Positions 15,240 to 28,424 of a stretch of DNA of 64,000 bases are shown piece after piece. The translations under genes and the position numbers were made by a program. Below the pieces are notes generated by a model that made no database searches, had not been told where the DNA came from, and saw only the letters and a list, made by a program, of their open reading frames with translations. The DNA comes from Octopus vulgaris. Its lineage: Eukaryota. Location of the stretch: contig OX597832.1 of the NCBI GenBank assembly GCA_951406725.2, positions 67,766,001 to 67,830,000 on the forward strand, in the 5' to 3' direction. The first letter of the stretch is position 1; each line of letters opens with the position of its first letter.

Positions 15240-15543
15240 CAAAACATGAATGACCTTGCAATTGCACCTAGAAATTCTCCTCCGGGGTACAAGTCTGGAC
15301 AAGATTGTTTAGGGAAGACCCATGCATACCAAACTCATCGCTGCATGCCACTGACGTTACCCAGGGAAGACAAAGGCCGATAGAGCTTGGCACTAGTGAC
15401 GTCACATTTGTATAGCTGAGTGAACTTGAGCAACATGAAATAATGTGTCTTGCTCAAGAAAACAACACACAGCCCGGTCAAGGAACCGAACTCACTACCT
15501 CATGATTGTGAGCCGGACGTTATAACCACGAAGAGACACGTCC
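15240..15543 (-). mobile_element. tRNA-derived SINE family C
   Basis: Reverse complement reads gtggttataacg...gtgagttcggttccttgaccgggc...tcttgagcaagacac...atttcatgttgctc, as in the copies at 45140 and 52738. Confidence 0.7.
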
Positions 15544-17030
15544 AAATAAACATCAGTGGTTAAAGTCTAACATAATTTAATTCCAGAGTACGAAGGTTAC
15601 ACGTATCCCTGTCTTTATATAACAGCATACGATTTAATTTTCTAAATTTCATAGAAATTATAATACCTTGCAAAATTATCACACTTATATTCCAATCCAA
15701 AATTTCATCCAAGTACAAGGATTCGTCTTCAGTGTTACGAAAACCCGAATCCTTCATCAGTTACAAACACTCAAAAGCTTCTAGCAGCAGCGTCTCTTTT
15801 GACTGTTATTTACATATATAGAAAACATTTTGGATTATAGGCAAATATTTATAAATACACCGACAGACATAATTCGTCCATCTGTAATATCTGCATGTAC
15901 TACAAAGGCATCTGCTGCACTGAACTTACAGCTAATATATGCCATCCAGTGTAGATTACGATGAGATTTCATGGTCATCACCTCACGCGATAGTAAGTGC
16001 AACCGATATGTCAAAGTACACTCCGACATCCTGTAACTTATAAAGAGATGGTAGTATAGTCACAACTTGTATGATTTTTCCTCAGTGCTGACGTGAACCT
16101 GATAGTAATTCATCAAACAATTGCAGTATAATTATACAAATATATATTTATTTACTCCGACGTGTTATTCTCTATTCACGAAACCCCTCTTTAATGAACA
16201 GAGAAATCTGAAGATTGATGGCAGCTGAAGTTTTTTGCTAATCATCAAAAAAGAACAAAAAAAAATCGGTGGCTGCCTGAAGCGTTCATCTCACTAATTA
16301 ATATAAGACATAGATCTTCATTAATATAGTGATGACTTCACCGTTAGACAATTATACAGCACTTTAGAGTTAGCACCACTCAGTACTATTATACATTTAA
16401 ACGGAAATATTCTAATATAAATATATTGTATAATTGTATTATGCAATCGAATCCATTTATGCTATAGTGTTAGTGTATCAGAGTACTTTCAATTATTCAA
16501 GTGTACTACTTGGTATGACTAAAAACGTAATTCAGCACACCAATGAAATATACGAGTTTCATTGGTAAGAGGAAAGCTCTAATTTCATTATTGTTACGTT
16601 GGACATAAACGTACGATAAATCACATCGGTTGACGATGCATTTACAACATGGAACCATTGCATTACATTATAATAGCGACCAGATAACATTAATAAAATA
16701 ACATTAGGAAAGCATTAGCTGGGAAGATCACCATCGTATATAATATTCTACGATCAAAAGAAAAAGGTCATCCATTGGAGACATCTTGAAAGCAACATCG
16801 AACACACAAAATTAATACAAAGCTACCTCATCCGTGTAATAAACTTAAAACTGATGGTAGTCGCTGAAAGTAATATTCGTTTAACAGTTAAATGCATTTG
16901 GTGATGCAGATTTCATCAGTTACAGCTTGCTTCTTATGTTGCTTTACTGCCTGATACGAAAACGCAGTAACAGAGAAATAAATTTACTACTAATCACACT
17001 TCATTTAGAAGGGTGATCCAGAACAGTTGA

Positions 17031-17446
17031 CTGTGTGGTAAGTAGCTTGCTTACTAGCCACATGATTTTGGGTTCAGTTCCACTGCGTGGAACCTTGGGC
17101 AGGTGTCTTCTACTATGGCCTCGAGCCGGCCAAATCCTTGTGAGTGGATTTGGTAGACGGAAACTGAAAGAAGCACGTCGTATATACATATATATATATA
17201 TATATGTGTGTGTGTATGTGTGTGTGTGTGTATGTGTGTGTGTGTATGTGTGTGTGTGAGTGTGTGAGTGTGTATGTGTGTGTGTTTGTCCCCCCACTAT
17301 AGCTTGACAACCGATGCTTAGCGGTTCGGCAAAAGAAACCGATAGAATAAGTACTAGGCTTATAAATAATAAGACCTGGGGTTGATTTGCTCGACTAAAG
17401 GTGGTGCTACCGCATGGCCGCAGTTAAATGACTAAAACAAATAGAA
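17031..17446 (+). mobile_element. tRNA-derived SINE family A, best-preserved copy (CORE-like ccttgggca motif)
   Basis: A-box-like tgtgtggtaag, B-box-like ggttcagttcc, ccttgggcaggtgtcttc, internal (TA)n(TG)n, 3' end gctcgactaaaggtggtgct...atggccgcagt. Several homologues in the window. Confidence 0.85.
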
Positions 17447-17988
17447 GAATACCAGAATAATAGCTGTTGAAATATGGTATTCAATATTAAACGGATAGAG
17501 TGAAAAAGGAAATATGAAACGGCATTAATAAGACATAAGGGTTCATCTTGAAAAGCCGGGCTTTTAAAGAAGATTGTTTGAAAGCATGCTATACGTACAA
17601 CATATATACAAATGTACACACAAAATGCAATATACGAGTGTTATGTGCATATATATACATATATCTATATATTTTGTGTATATATGTATATACGTATACA
17701 CATATACCTACACGCACACGCACACACACTCATGTATACATAACCCGACGTCCGCCAAAATAAATTTTGTGTCAAGCTAAGTTTGAATCAAAAACTGAAT
17801 GTGAGACAAGCTCGCTATACAATAGGAGAGAAAGAAGATGCAGAAATAGAAAAGGAGGGAGGGAGAAACCAATGCCAGAGTGTGGTGTTATAGTATGTTT
17901 GTGTGTGAAATGAGTGAATATTCTAAAAAGGACGTAGAAGAATTTTGTTGGTGATGACAACTAATACCTGTCTGCTATTTATTTGTCA

Positions 17989-18591
17989 TCCATAAATAAC
18001 GACAACTGGAATTTGTATATTTTTTGGCAACACTGATCAGCTTAAGTATGAACCGGTTTACTTTACAAGTTTTTCCAAATTTAATCTATTCACGTGACTA
18101 TTTTAGTTATAAAGCGAGAGGCATTCTATATTTCATGAAATTGAGACTCATTAATTTTTCTGATTCCAAATTTAGTTAAAATATAAACGCCTTGCGAATG
18201 TGATTTAAATGTTTTTTTCTAATCTACATTCAAAAGTTTAAGAACCATTAGGCTAATTAATTAAGACGTTTATAAATATTCAATAAAATTAAAAGTTTAA
18301 ATTCGAGGTATGACATCCTCCTTGACATTTATATTCATAAGCATCGCAATGTATTCTTCACGCTGGAAGGAAACACGTGACAAAGATGAAAACGTTATGT
18401 AAATTGGCTGCCCTCTATGAAGATGTGTATACACACATATACACACATATACAATTGATAGATAGCTACATGGAATGATGGCTAACTAGCTAGCAAGATA
18501 GATAGATAGATAGATACATACATACATGCATACATACATATATACATACATGGACAGACAGATAAATAGATAGATAGATAGATAGATAGAT

Positions 18592-18675
<84 letters not shown>

Positions 18676-18701
18676 GGACAGACAGACAGACAGACAGACA
18701 T

Positions 18702-18799
<98 letters not shown>

Positions 18800-18803
18800 T
18801 TCT
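17989..18803 (+). repeat. Local direct duplication, copy 2 (partner 14420-15225)
   Basis: Near-identical to copy 1; three differences seen in the unique part. Confidence 0.95.
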
Positions 18804-19165
18804 TTATTGGTCACGCAGAGCTGAACACAGAAGAGACAAAATAGAAAGTAGAGCTTTTCTTTTGGGGAAGAAGAAAATGATAAAAAGGGGGTCGAATTCC
18901 GATCAAAAGGGATCGGGAAAGAATCAGTGGGGTCGATAAATAGGGATTGTGTATCACAGAAATGTCGATGTAAAAAGGGAAAACAGATTAGGTTTGCCCG
19001 TGGATAGAAAAGCCTACGGAAAAGACCACGGGAAATTTGGGCAATAGTGTCATGCAAAAAGAAAACACATTACAGTAAGTGGCTCTCTTTTTTTCATTCG
19101 TTTTTTTTTTTACCTTTAGGTTCACAGGATTATACTCAAGCTGGCTCCATCATTCATAAGTTCTC
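18799..19165 (-). mobile_element. 3' terminal fragment of the L1/Tx1-like LINE family found at 56888-59979
   Basis: Shares tttctttatt, gtagagcttttctt, gatcaaaagggatcg, atcacagaaatgtc and agcctacggaaaagaccacgg with the 3' UTR of the long copy. Confidence 0.9.
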
Positions 19166-20004
19166 GGTTTCGATATACAGGGAACCGCAAGAAAAGCTTG
19201 CGTTCGCCATTCTTGGGAAACGTTCCAATAACAAAAGAACGTTGTGTACATCGATGATGGTAATAAGGGAGGAAACAATAAACCATAAGGTACTTGAAAC
19301 GTTTGCTTAATTTCACCTGCGCAAAACAATGGCTCTTTAAATCATGGGAGATTCTTCTTTCGCATCGCGTAGAAAGTGGGAAAAGAAAAAAAGTATTGTC
19401 TTTTGTATAATGCTTGTTTTTAATGAATTAACAATCGACAGAGTAGAGTCAGTGTTGACTAGAATTAAATTAGAAGACGCAAAACAGTAAACAACATCAA
19501 CCACGCGAACATCAATATCACCAATTATGAACACAAACAGCAGCAAAAGCAGTACCAACAACAAAAACAACACGTATAGCCGCAGCAGCAACAATAAAAC
19601 CAACAAAAACAATAAAGCATAAAACAATATGACTTGAGTGAATTTAACAAAACTTTGAGCATATTTTGATTAGAAAGATATATGTATTTGCGTAAAATAA
19701 CAAACATATTTCAAATATTTAATTTATGAAGCCAGCGTTCACGTCAAGGCAATATGCGAACATATACGAGATGGAAATAATGTAAACGTGTCTGATTTAT
19801 GGTTTAAAAATTCAACCAAGTTTGTTTGGTTCTGAATCAAGTGGAAGGTTAAAAGAACAGCGCCTGCCTACGTATCTAATTTCAAACTGCTGGTAATTTT
19901 GTGCAAAGCACAAAAGGTCAGCCATATAAATGAAGACACTGGGAACATATATGAGTTATACGCGCGGGCGCACACGCGTACTTGAAGTATATGCCTATAG
20001 ATGA

Positions 20005-20036
<32 letters not shown>

Positions 20037-21252
20037 TTGTTTGTGTGTATGTGTGTACGTGTATTTATATATATATATGTATGTATCTATGTATGTATAA
20101 AGTTATGTACAAGTGGGTATGTAACAAAATATGTGTGTATTTCGCCCATACACACGTATAAGTATTTGTTGGTTATACATACGTACATGCTTTCAGGAAT
20201 TAATTCATTAACACAAACACATACACATATATATGTCTATATATTTGTGGGTGTATAACAACGTATTTATATACTATTCGTTTATATCTTGATATGTGTG
20301 TGTGTGCCTGTGTGTGTTTCTACACATTCTTACATGCATATGTAAGTACATACAAGCTAACATGCTTGCATACACACATACATATTTACATACATAAACA
20401 CATACACACATGCACACATGCACATATACATACATACACACATGCACATATCCATACAAACATACATACATGTAGATGTAGCTGTTTGTATTAGTTATGG
20501 CAAAATGCCCGATATTTGTTATTTTCCATTTAGGTCAGAAGACAAAACGCCGAAAGTTGAAACCTACCCGAAATTATTTAGATGTAATTCAAGCTTATCA
20601 AGAAGTCTTCCATTGTACCAAACTAATGCAAACGGAATTCCATACACTAACAAATATGTATGAATTCCTTTTCTACATTCATATATGTATGTATTCTTCT
20701 CTCTACTTTACTCTTTATTCTTCTAGTTTATTCCTTATAAACTGAATTTCCCTGTCAAGACGTTACATACACACTCACCTTTTCTCTATTGACGGAATAA
20801 TCAGTGTACGGACATGCTAACATATCATTAGTGATATCCTAGAAACAGCAGTAAGGCTTCAAATTAGCCCTAATCTAATTACTTGAAATATTTGTCCTGC
20901 CTTTATATTGTTGACCTTTTCCTCTTATATATACCTGCTAATATGGAAGCCTAATGCGGATCCCTAGCTTCAAATGTGAATTTGGAACATAACAGATGAC
21001 CAATTATAGCACTTACTCAGCATACCTTTTGGTTTAGATCACTAGCGAATTAAACCCCTCATATTCTAAATACATATATATATATATATATAGGTGAGAA
21101 GGTTGGTGTGTGAAAACACGTCGTTGGATGTATAAAAAATAGAAGAGAGTGAAAAATCTTCAGAAGGCTTGTTTTATAAGGTTAAAGAATATATTTAAGT
21201 CGTTATGTTAGAAAAATATTATAAAATTTTGTTTATAGTAACACAGTTTTTG

Positions 21253-21291
21253 GAGAAATAACCGATTTCGTGTAAACTTTTCAAATTTCTC
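21253..21291 (-). ncRNA. Minimal type I hammerhead ribozyme motif, U3-A8 core variant
   Basis: GAGAAAU-UUGAAAA-G(UUUACA)C-GAAA-UCGG-U-U-AUUUCUC: 7 bp stem I, 1 bp stem II, near-palindromic stem III; lies in the PLE pseudo-LTR. Confidence 0.7.
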
Positions 21292-22701
21292 AAATTTCTT
21301 TACCTACATAGTGTCATGTCTTCGTTATGAAGTGCAAAGAAGAGTTCCAGACAGGAGGAGGTAATCAGGCATTTCTTCCGGTATAAGGGAGATAATCGCT
21401 TTATATTTTTTTTCCTTTTTTTCAATGAGATGAGTTTCTCTGTATAAGAATGTTAGCATGGTTAAGTTTAGGTTTATATTTTTCAATGAAGGATGTTTCC
21501 TTGTTTAATCTAATTTATGTTGGTCTTCCAAAAGCACATTGATAGAATGGAAAAATTAAAAATTGGGGTAGTAGTTGCTTTGTGCATTTCTCAATATGCT
21601 CACTAAAGGATAGTGGGAATGCAATCTGTTGTCGATGCAGAGTGCATCAGCGTCTGAGTGATAATCCCGTGGACCCTACGTAGTTTTGGTGGCAGCCCGA
21701 GCACCTTATGACATAAATTATGCTTTCAGAAGCACAAGTAAAATTAGATTTGATCTTGAATTTTTGTCCCTCTTTGAAAAGGAATTCTGATCCTTCTAGA
21801 AGGTTTGGGCATGTTGCGCAGTTTGGTCTACCACATTTTTTTTACATTTGCATCTGTAATTTTAGAAAACAATTTTGCCTTTGTGAGAAAATTTTTAGTG
21901 ATTTATGTTGTCTGTAGCTTTTAATGATTTTATGTATGTTTAGAATTTCCTTTAATTTGGAGTCCTTATGAAGCATTGGTAAATTCTGGGTGATGATGGT
22001 GAAGGCTTCTTTGTTTCTGGGATTGTATGTGGATATGCAAGGCATTATTTTCGGAGATGGTGTATTGTTGTGTTGAACTTTTCTTAAAGTTTCTGTTGTA
22101 CATCTGATTCCATCTTCTATGAGTTAAACTGGGTAGTGTCTATCAATTAGGGGTTTTTTGAGTTTTTTAGTCTAAAGTTCCTGGTATTTTGTTCTGACAC
22201 TATTGTGCATATCCTTCATGCAAGGTTGAAAGGGATGTTTGTTTTAGTGTGTCTTGAGTGGCATGAATCAAAAAGTAGGTATTGTTTAGCGTCTGTGGTT
22301 TTGTAAATTATGTCTGTTTCTATTTTTAGGTTAATTTTTTAAAATCAGTATGTCTAAGAATGGAAGCTCCTTTTAGTTGTACTCCATTGTGAACTGTATA
22401 TTTGGCTTGAAGCTGTTCAATAGTTTTTTGAATTTTAGGAGTTTATACCAGTATACCTCATAATTATGAACTAGAGGCAATACAGTTCTGGCTGGACCAA
22501 TTTCCGGAAGAAATAACAAAAAGGATCAGTAAAGATCCTAACATTCTTTTACAGAGAAACTCATCTCATTGGAAAAAAGAAAATAACTATAAAGCGATTA
22601 TCTCCCTTCTACCGGAAGAAATCCCTGATTACCTCCCCCTGCCTAGAACTCTCCTTTGCATTTCATAACGAAGGCATGACACAATGTAGGTAAAGAAATT
22701 T

Positions 22702-22740
22702 GAGAAATTTGAAAAATTTACACGAAATCGGTTATTTCTC
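22702..22740 (+). ncRNA. Second (inverted) copy of the U3-A8 minimal hammerhead motif; stem II pair disrupted
   Basis: gagaaat-ttgaaaa-a-tttaca-c-gaaa-tcgg-tt-atttctc. Confidence 0.6.
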
Positions 22741-22855
22741 CAAAAACTATGTTAATGTACACAAAACTTTCTAACATTTTCTAACATAACGACTTAAATA
22801 CATCTTTTAACCTTAGAAGACAAGCCTTCTGAGGATTTTTCACTCTTTTCTATTT

Positions 22856-23007
<152 letters not shown>

Positions 23008-23630
23008 CATACATATATATACGCTTCTTATTGTCGGGTATTGCCTGTTATTCCCTTAGGATGGTTTATATCTGCAGAACTCCTTGCAACTTAAAATAAA
23101 GTGCCTTGAGGCATTACTCAGAAACTGATAAAAGCACAACGAAACTTTGCTCTTTTTTTCATTTACTACTTTGTGTAATCCTTAGTGAAAGACACGGGGT
23201 GAGTAGGAATTCTGTATCGTTCAGTCACTTCTAACATGTTTCTTCTTCCTTTCCTTCCTTTGTCTTCTTATTTCATGTCAGCTTACTGTAATGAACTACA
23301 AGCAACATACAATTTTATTATTCCTTTTACTCCATTTCTTTTGTCTCCATTTCTTTCTCTCTTTGATTGGTTGTAGCGATTCACAATCATCCGCCAAAAT
23401 TCAAACGGAGCAGCCAGATTGGTTTATAATGACAATTATATTTAAGCATAAACATCGATTCAGTGAAAAACAGTTAATGTGAAAGGCCTGGTCAAGCATA
23501 CCCGTGCAACAATGACGTGGTCAAGTCTCAAAGATATTATAAACGATACTGAATAATAACATATGAATGCAAAAACTTAGGTCGCAATGCATTAATAAAT
23601 GTTAAAGTTTCCATCCAAATATAATTTTCG

Positions 23631-23719
23631 TTCTTCTTCTTCTTCTTCTTCTTCTTCTTCTTCTTCTTCTTCTTCTTCTTCTTCTTCTTCTTCTTCTTCT
23701 TCTTCTTCTTCGTTTTATT

Positions 23720-23775
<56 letters not shown>

Positions 23776-23840
23776 TATTATTATTATTATTATTATCAAT
23801 AATAATAATAATAATAATAACAATAATAATAATAATAATA
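23631..23840. repeat. Compound (TTC)n / (TTA)n / (AAT)n microsatellite
   Basis: Directly visible. Confidence 0.95.
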
Positions 23841-24863
23841 AAAATATTGAACATATTACACTCTCAGATTCAAAGACTTATTGCAGAGGTCCTTAAATTT
23901 TCCTAATCCCTGTAAAACTCGAAATTTAGGGCCTACCGCCAAGCTATTCGGGATACAATTTAAATCCAGGAGCATTTTAGCACCGCCTCATAAATAATTT
24001 TACTACATTTTCATCTTCTGTCGCTGCTAAAACCAGTTCCAATGCTTAAATAATATCAACCCAAAGGATTTAGAAGGAAAATCCACTCGACTAGTTTCGG
24101 CTATCGATATACTCACTCTAGGGCAGTTATATTTTTTGTAGACCACGAGTAGAACATGCTGATAGCAGCTCTAACGTAGAGAACCAGATTTGATGTAACT
24201 GAATTTTATGTTAAGGTTCAAACATCAGAAGCGTACGTTTTAATATGAAGTATTAAATGAAATGGTGCTAGCACATGGATTTGATAATAAATATGCTTGA
24301 AACACTCGCCAAAATATAACAAGTTTTGTGCTCTTATTGACAACCATAATGCTTAGACTGTAGACAAATGAGAAAGGAGAATGATGATGACGACGACGAC
24401 GTCAATGACGAGGATGATGTCGATGACGACGACGACGATGGTAATGATTAAGCAGAAGTGGAAAAGGAACAACAAGCTGAATAGCAGCAACAGAGGCGAT
24501 GCGAAATATTAAGAGAAAAAAATCTAAAATAAATAGAAAACAAGAAAAAGAATATATTATTCATTTAAATATTTCTTGAGAGAAAATCATGCTTAATACT
24601 GAGTGTGTACTCAATAATCATATACAATGTTACGTGTGAACGTGTATGAGTATATATGTGTGTATGTGCGTGGGAATGTATGTATACATAAGTATGGACA
24701 TAAGTAAGTACATGCGCAAACAGGATCATACATATAGACACACCGATATATATATATATATTAATGTTGAACTTAAGAATACCACAATTACATGCGTGTA
24801 TATCTCTCTATATATCTATATGTGTATATATATATATATAGACTAAATTCTCATACTTTGTGC

Positions 24864-24926
<63 letters not shown>

Positions 24927-26595
24927 CAAATATATGCACAAAGTATGGGAGTTTAGTTCACAGGTGTTCTAAACGATTAAGTACGCTAGGTAAGTGCTGT
25001 AACGGACGATTAGGGATCTAAGGTTAGAGACGATAGTTAAGGAGCCGTTGTAGATTTCCGATGCAGCGAAACAGCTGTAAGACTTTGAATTTTTCCAATT
25101 ATAATAATGTTTAAGACTTGAGATGTTTGCCTTGCGTTAACGTTTGTTATCTGCTTTAACAATTATATATATGTGTGTGTACATATATTCGCGTGTTTGT
25201 CTGTGCTTGACCGCCCCCATCGCTGGTCAAATAATGCTGTTTTATCAAGCGGTTCGACATTAGAGAACAATAGAATAAGTACCATGCTTGTAAAGAATAG
25301 GTCAGTTACTTCGACTCAAACTCTATAATTTCTTTCTCCAGGCGGTGTCATTCTTTTTCGCATTGCTTTCAACCGGACTGCTCACGAATTTCTGAGCTCC
25401 TCGCTCTACTCCTCCCGTGTCTATAGTCCTTTAGGGCAGTTTTTCATTTCGCGTTAACCATTTTTTCTTGCCTTGCAGCACTAAGGCTTTTTTGCTGTAT
25501 ATGTATTATTATTATAATTAATTGTTGTCTTCGTGTGGCACTGAGACTTTATTCTGTTTATTGTTTTCTCCCCCGTCAGTCCACTAATGATCTCATCTCG
25601 AGCCCGTCAAATTTTGATATGTTTTGGCTCCTTTCCCAGCAATTTCTCTCTTGGTCCCTCAGAGTGGAAGCAATATTATCAATTATGGCCGAAATTGCGC
25701 TTTGAACCTCTGGCAGATAGCTGAAGAAGAATTAGTGACCTTCTGTCTTTTCTGTTCGTCTGTGTATTTAGTATGTGTTCATATGTTTATTTATTACGCG
25801 TTTTTTAAAAATTATATATACATATATACAGTTAAGTTATATTTTCCGTTTGTTGTATTTTTTAAACTTAATTCTGAATATATAATATATTTAGGTGTAT
25901 TTGAATTCCCTCCGCGTATACAGCTGGGAATGCTTTCAGAAAAACCTTCAAGCTGTTTGTCAGCAATTCTCACATCCTAATATATTTTTTGATGCCAGTA
26001 TTTTCACCATAATTGTTCTCATGAAAATATATGCAGAGATATTGCATCTAACACAAAGAAGCATTAATGCATATATCTATGTGTGATGGAGTTCTTCACT
26101 CGAAATCCTTATATCTATTTTTCATCTGTATATCAATTACCACGCACCTCACCCAATCACTCTTTCTATCACCTCAGCCTTACTCTCTGCGTATAAATGG
26201 AAATGTGTATGTACGTGTACATCTGTATATAGATGTGTGTATATATATATATATGTATATAGATGTGTGTATATATATATTTATATATACATGTATATAA
26301 ACGCACGCAAACACATAAATATGTCTGTATAAACGCATTCATTACGAATAGATGAAAAAGTGCATATATTTGTTAGTGTCTTTATGGGTATGTTTATGTA
26401 TGTGTGAGTCTATATATTTAATATGCGTGTATGTTAATATATAATTACTTAATATATATACATACATATATGTGTATGTATGGTAAGTATTATTTAAAAA
26501 TATGTGTATGCCTGCATATACACATCTATATATGTTTGGATGTTTATGTGTATCTATGCATATGTAAAGATATATATAAATACATATATGCTTAT

Positions 26596-26640
<45 letters not shown>

Positions 26641-27447
26641 TATAGATATAGATAGATAGATAGATATATGTTTGTATGTATCTATCTAGTTATCTCTCTC
26701 TATCTCTCTTTATATATATATATTTTATATATATATATAAAAGGCCACCCTTATATGTATATGCATACATAAACACAATATCAAATATAGATATATGTAC
26801 ACACACAACACACTGTGTGTGTGTGTGTGTGCGTGTGTGTTTGTATGTGTGAATGCCTATAATTCATATATGTACGTATGTAGTTATACATGCATAAATA
26901 CATGCATTTATAAAGGATGACATATGACTAACATTTTCTTTTGAATTCTATTCAGTAAACGTGTTTTGTTGATATTATTGCACAATATTCCTTCTGTTTT
27001 TATTTTTTAGTATATATTCCAGTATCATTGTCAAATTGGAACAGAATAATTTGCTTACTCACAAATGGAATAAAAATCTGAAAGGTATGTAGATATCATA
27101 TTTGGATCTCTTTTTTATTTTCTTCAAGGATTCTATATAATTAACAGCATTGTGGCGTTCACAAGAAAATCCAAGATGTTTCAACATCTACAATACTAGT
27201 AGCAAGTTTGTGTTTAATTAATACGTAAAATAGGGAAAAAGAAAAAATGCTACGCATTATCTTTACTAAATTGTTCCTTTGTCTAAGGACAAATACATTT
27301 ATTCAATGAAGTTTGAAGTCAATTTCTTATATTTAATTCCATATGTACTGGAATTACCACGAAATGAGTGTCAAATTGTGAAGTTCATGCAGTATTTTTC
27401 ATCCATATACATTATATATGCATATGTATATATATGTGTATGTATAT

Positions 27448-27490
<43 letters not shown>

Positions 27491-27539
27491 GCATAAATGT
27501 ACATATGTATCAATATACATATACATATATCAATATACG

Positions 27540-27579
<40 letters not shown>

Positions 27580-27620
27580 AACATAATCGTATATATATGT
27601 ATATATACATAATATATATA

Positions 27621-27669
<49 letters not shown>

Positions 27670-27714
27670 ATATATATGTGTGTGTGTGTGTGTATACAAA
27701 CACATACACACACA

Positions 27715-27743
<29 letters not shown>

Positions 27744-27750
<7 letters not shown>

Positions 27751-28420
27751 TAAGATACATCTATAGTGTGGCGAATATTCGTTATAAATATCACCATTAA
27801 ATAACAAGGAAAAAGTTTTTATTTTTCATTTACTTCGAAATTTGCTATTAAATTGTGGCTTTGGCCGTGTTGGCTGCTATTTCTAGTATGTAAAAATTGC
27901 CTGTTAATGGGTCATTTTTCTATTTTAAAATATGAATATGTTGTCTATTGACTATTTATACATGCTAGACCACTGGTGGTGATATTTATAACGAATATTC
28001 GGCACCCTATAGATGTATCTTATGAATATGTTCTTAGCATTCTCGAGGATTCAGGTCGGCACTGTATTTATTGCTGACTGTAAATGCGCCTGCGCGCGGT
28101 ATTTTGAAAAATCATAATATATAATGATGGGACACATGTTATCTTGTCTCTGAATTATTAGTTAGTTGTTGTGGCCGGTTACTGACGAGAATTCGCCTGG
28201 TGGATGATATTGTTTTGCTAAATTACCTATTAAAGGATGGCAATTAATATTATTTGATAAAGAAAATCGAAACCATGGTATAACCGTTAAATAACAAGGT
28301 AAATTATTTTTCATTTACTTCGAAATTTGCTATTAAATCGTGGTTTTGGCCGTTTAGGCTGCTATTTCTAACATGTAAAAATTGCCTCTTAAAGGGTAAT
28401 TTTCTATTTTATAAATATAT
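27744..28420 (+). mobile_element. Non-coding hammerhead-bearing partial-tandem element (~490 bp unit) with 53 bp 5' inversion; PLE pseudo-LTR or retrozyme-like
   Basis: Direct repeat 27797-27933 vs 28287-28420; inverted repeat 27744-27796 vs 27977-28029; flanked by (TA)n; no ORF. Confidence 0.7.
28176..28286 (+). ncRNA. Type I hammerhead ribozyme with canonical core and extended stem II
   Basis: CGGUUA-CUGACGA-GA(~76 nt)UC-GAAA-CCAUGG-U-A-UAACCG: perfect 6 bp stem I, palindromic ACCAUGGU stem III, GUA cleavage triplet ending at 28280. Confidence 0.85.
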
Positions 28421-28424
28421 ATAT

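Noticed and set aside
15717-15760. Minus-strand CUGAUGA followed by a 9 bp hairpin (aaggattcg/cgaatcctt)
   Set aside because: GAAA and stem III are absent; it may be a decayed motif but cannot be supported.
17031-17095. tRNA-like A/B boxes here and at 38060-38125, 52738 and 53597
   Set aside because: These are SINE heads continuing into repeat bodies; no complete cloverleaf seen, so not tRNA genes.
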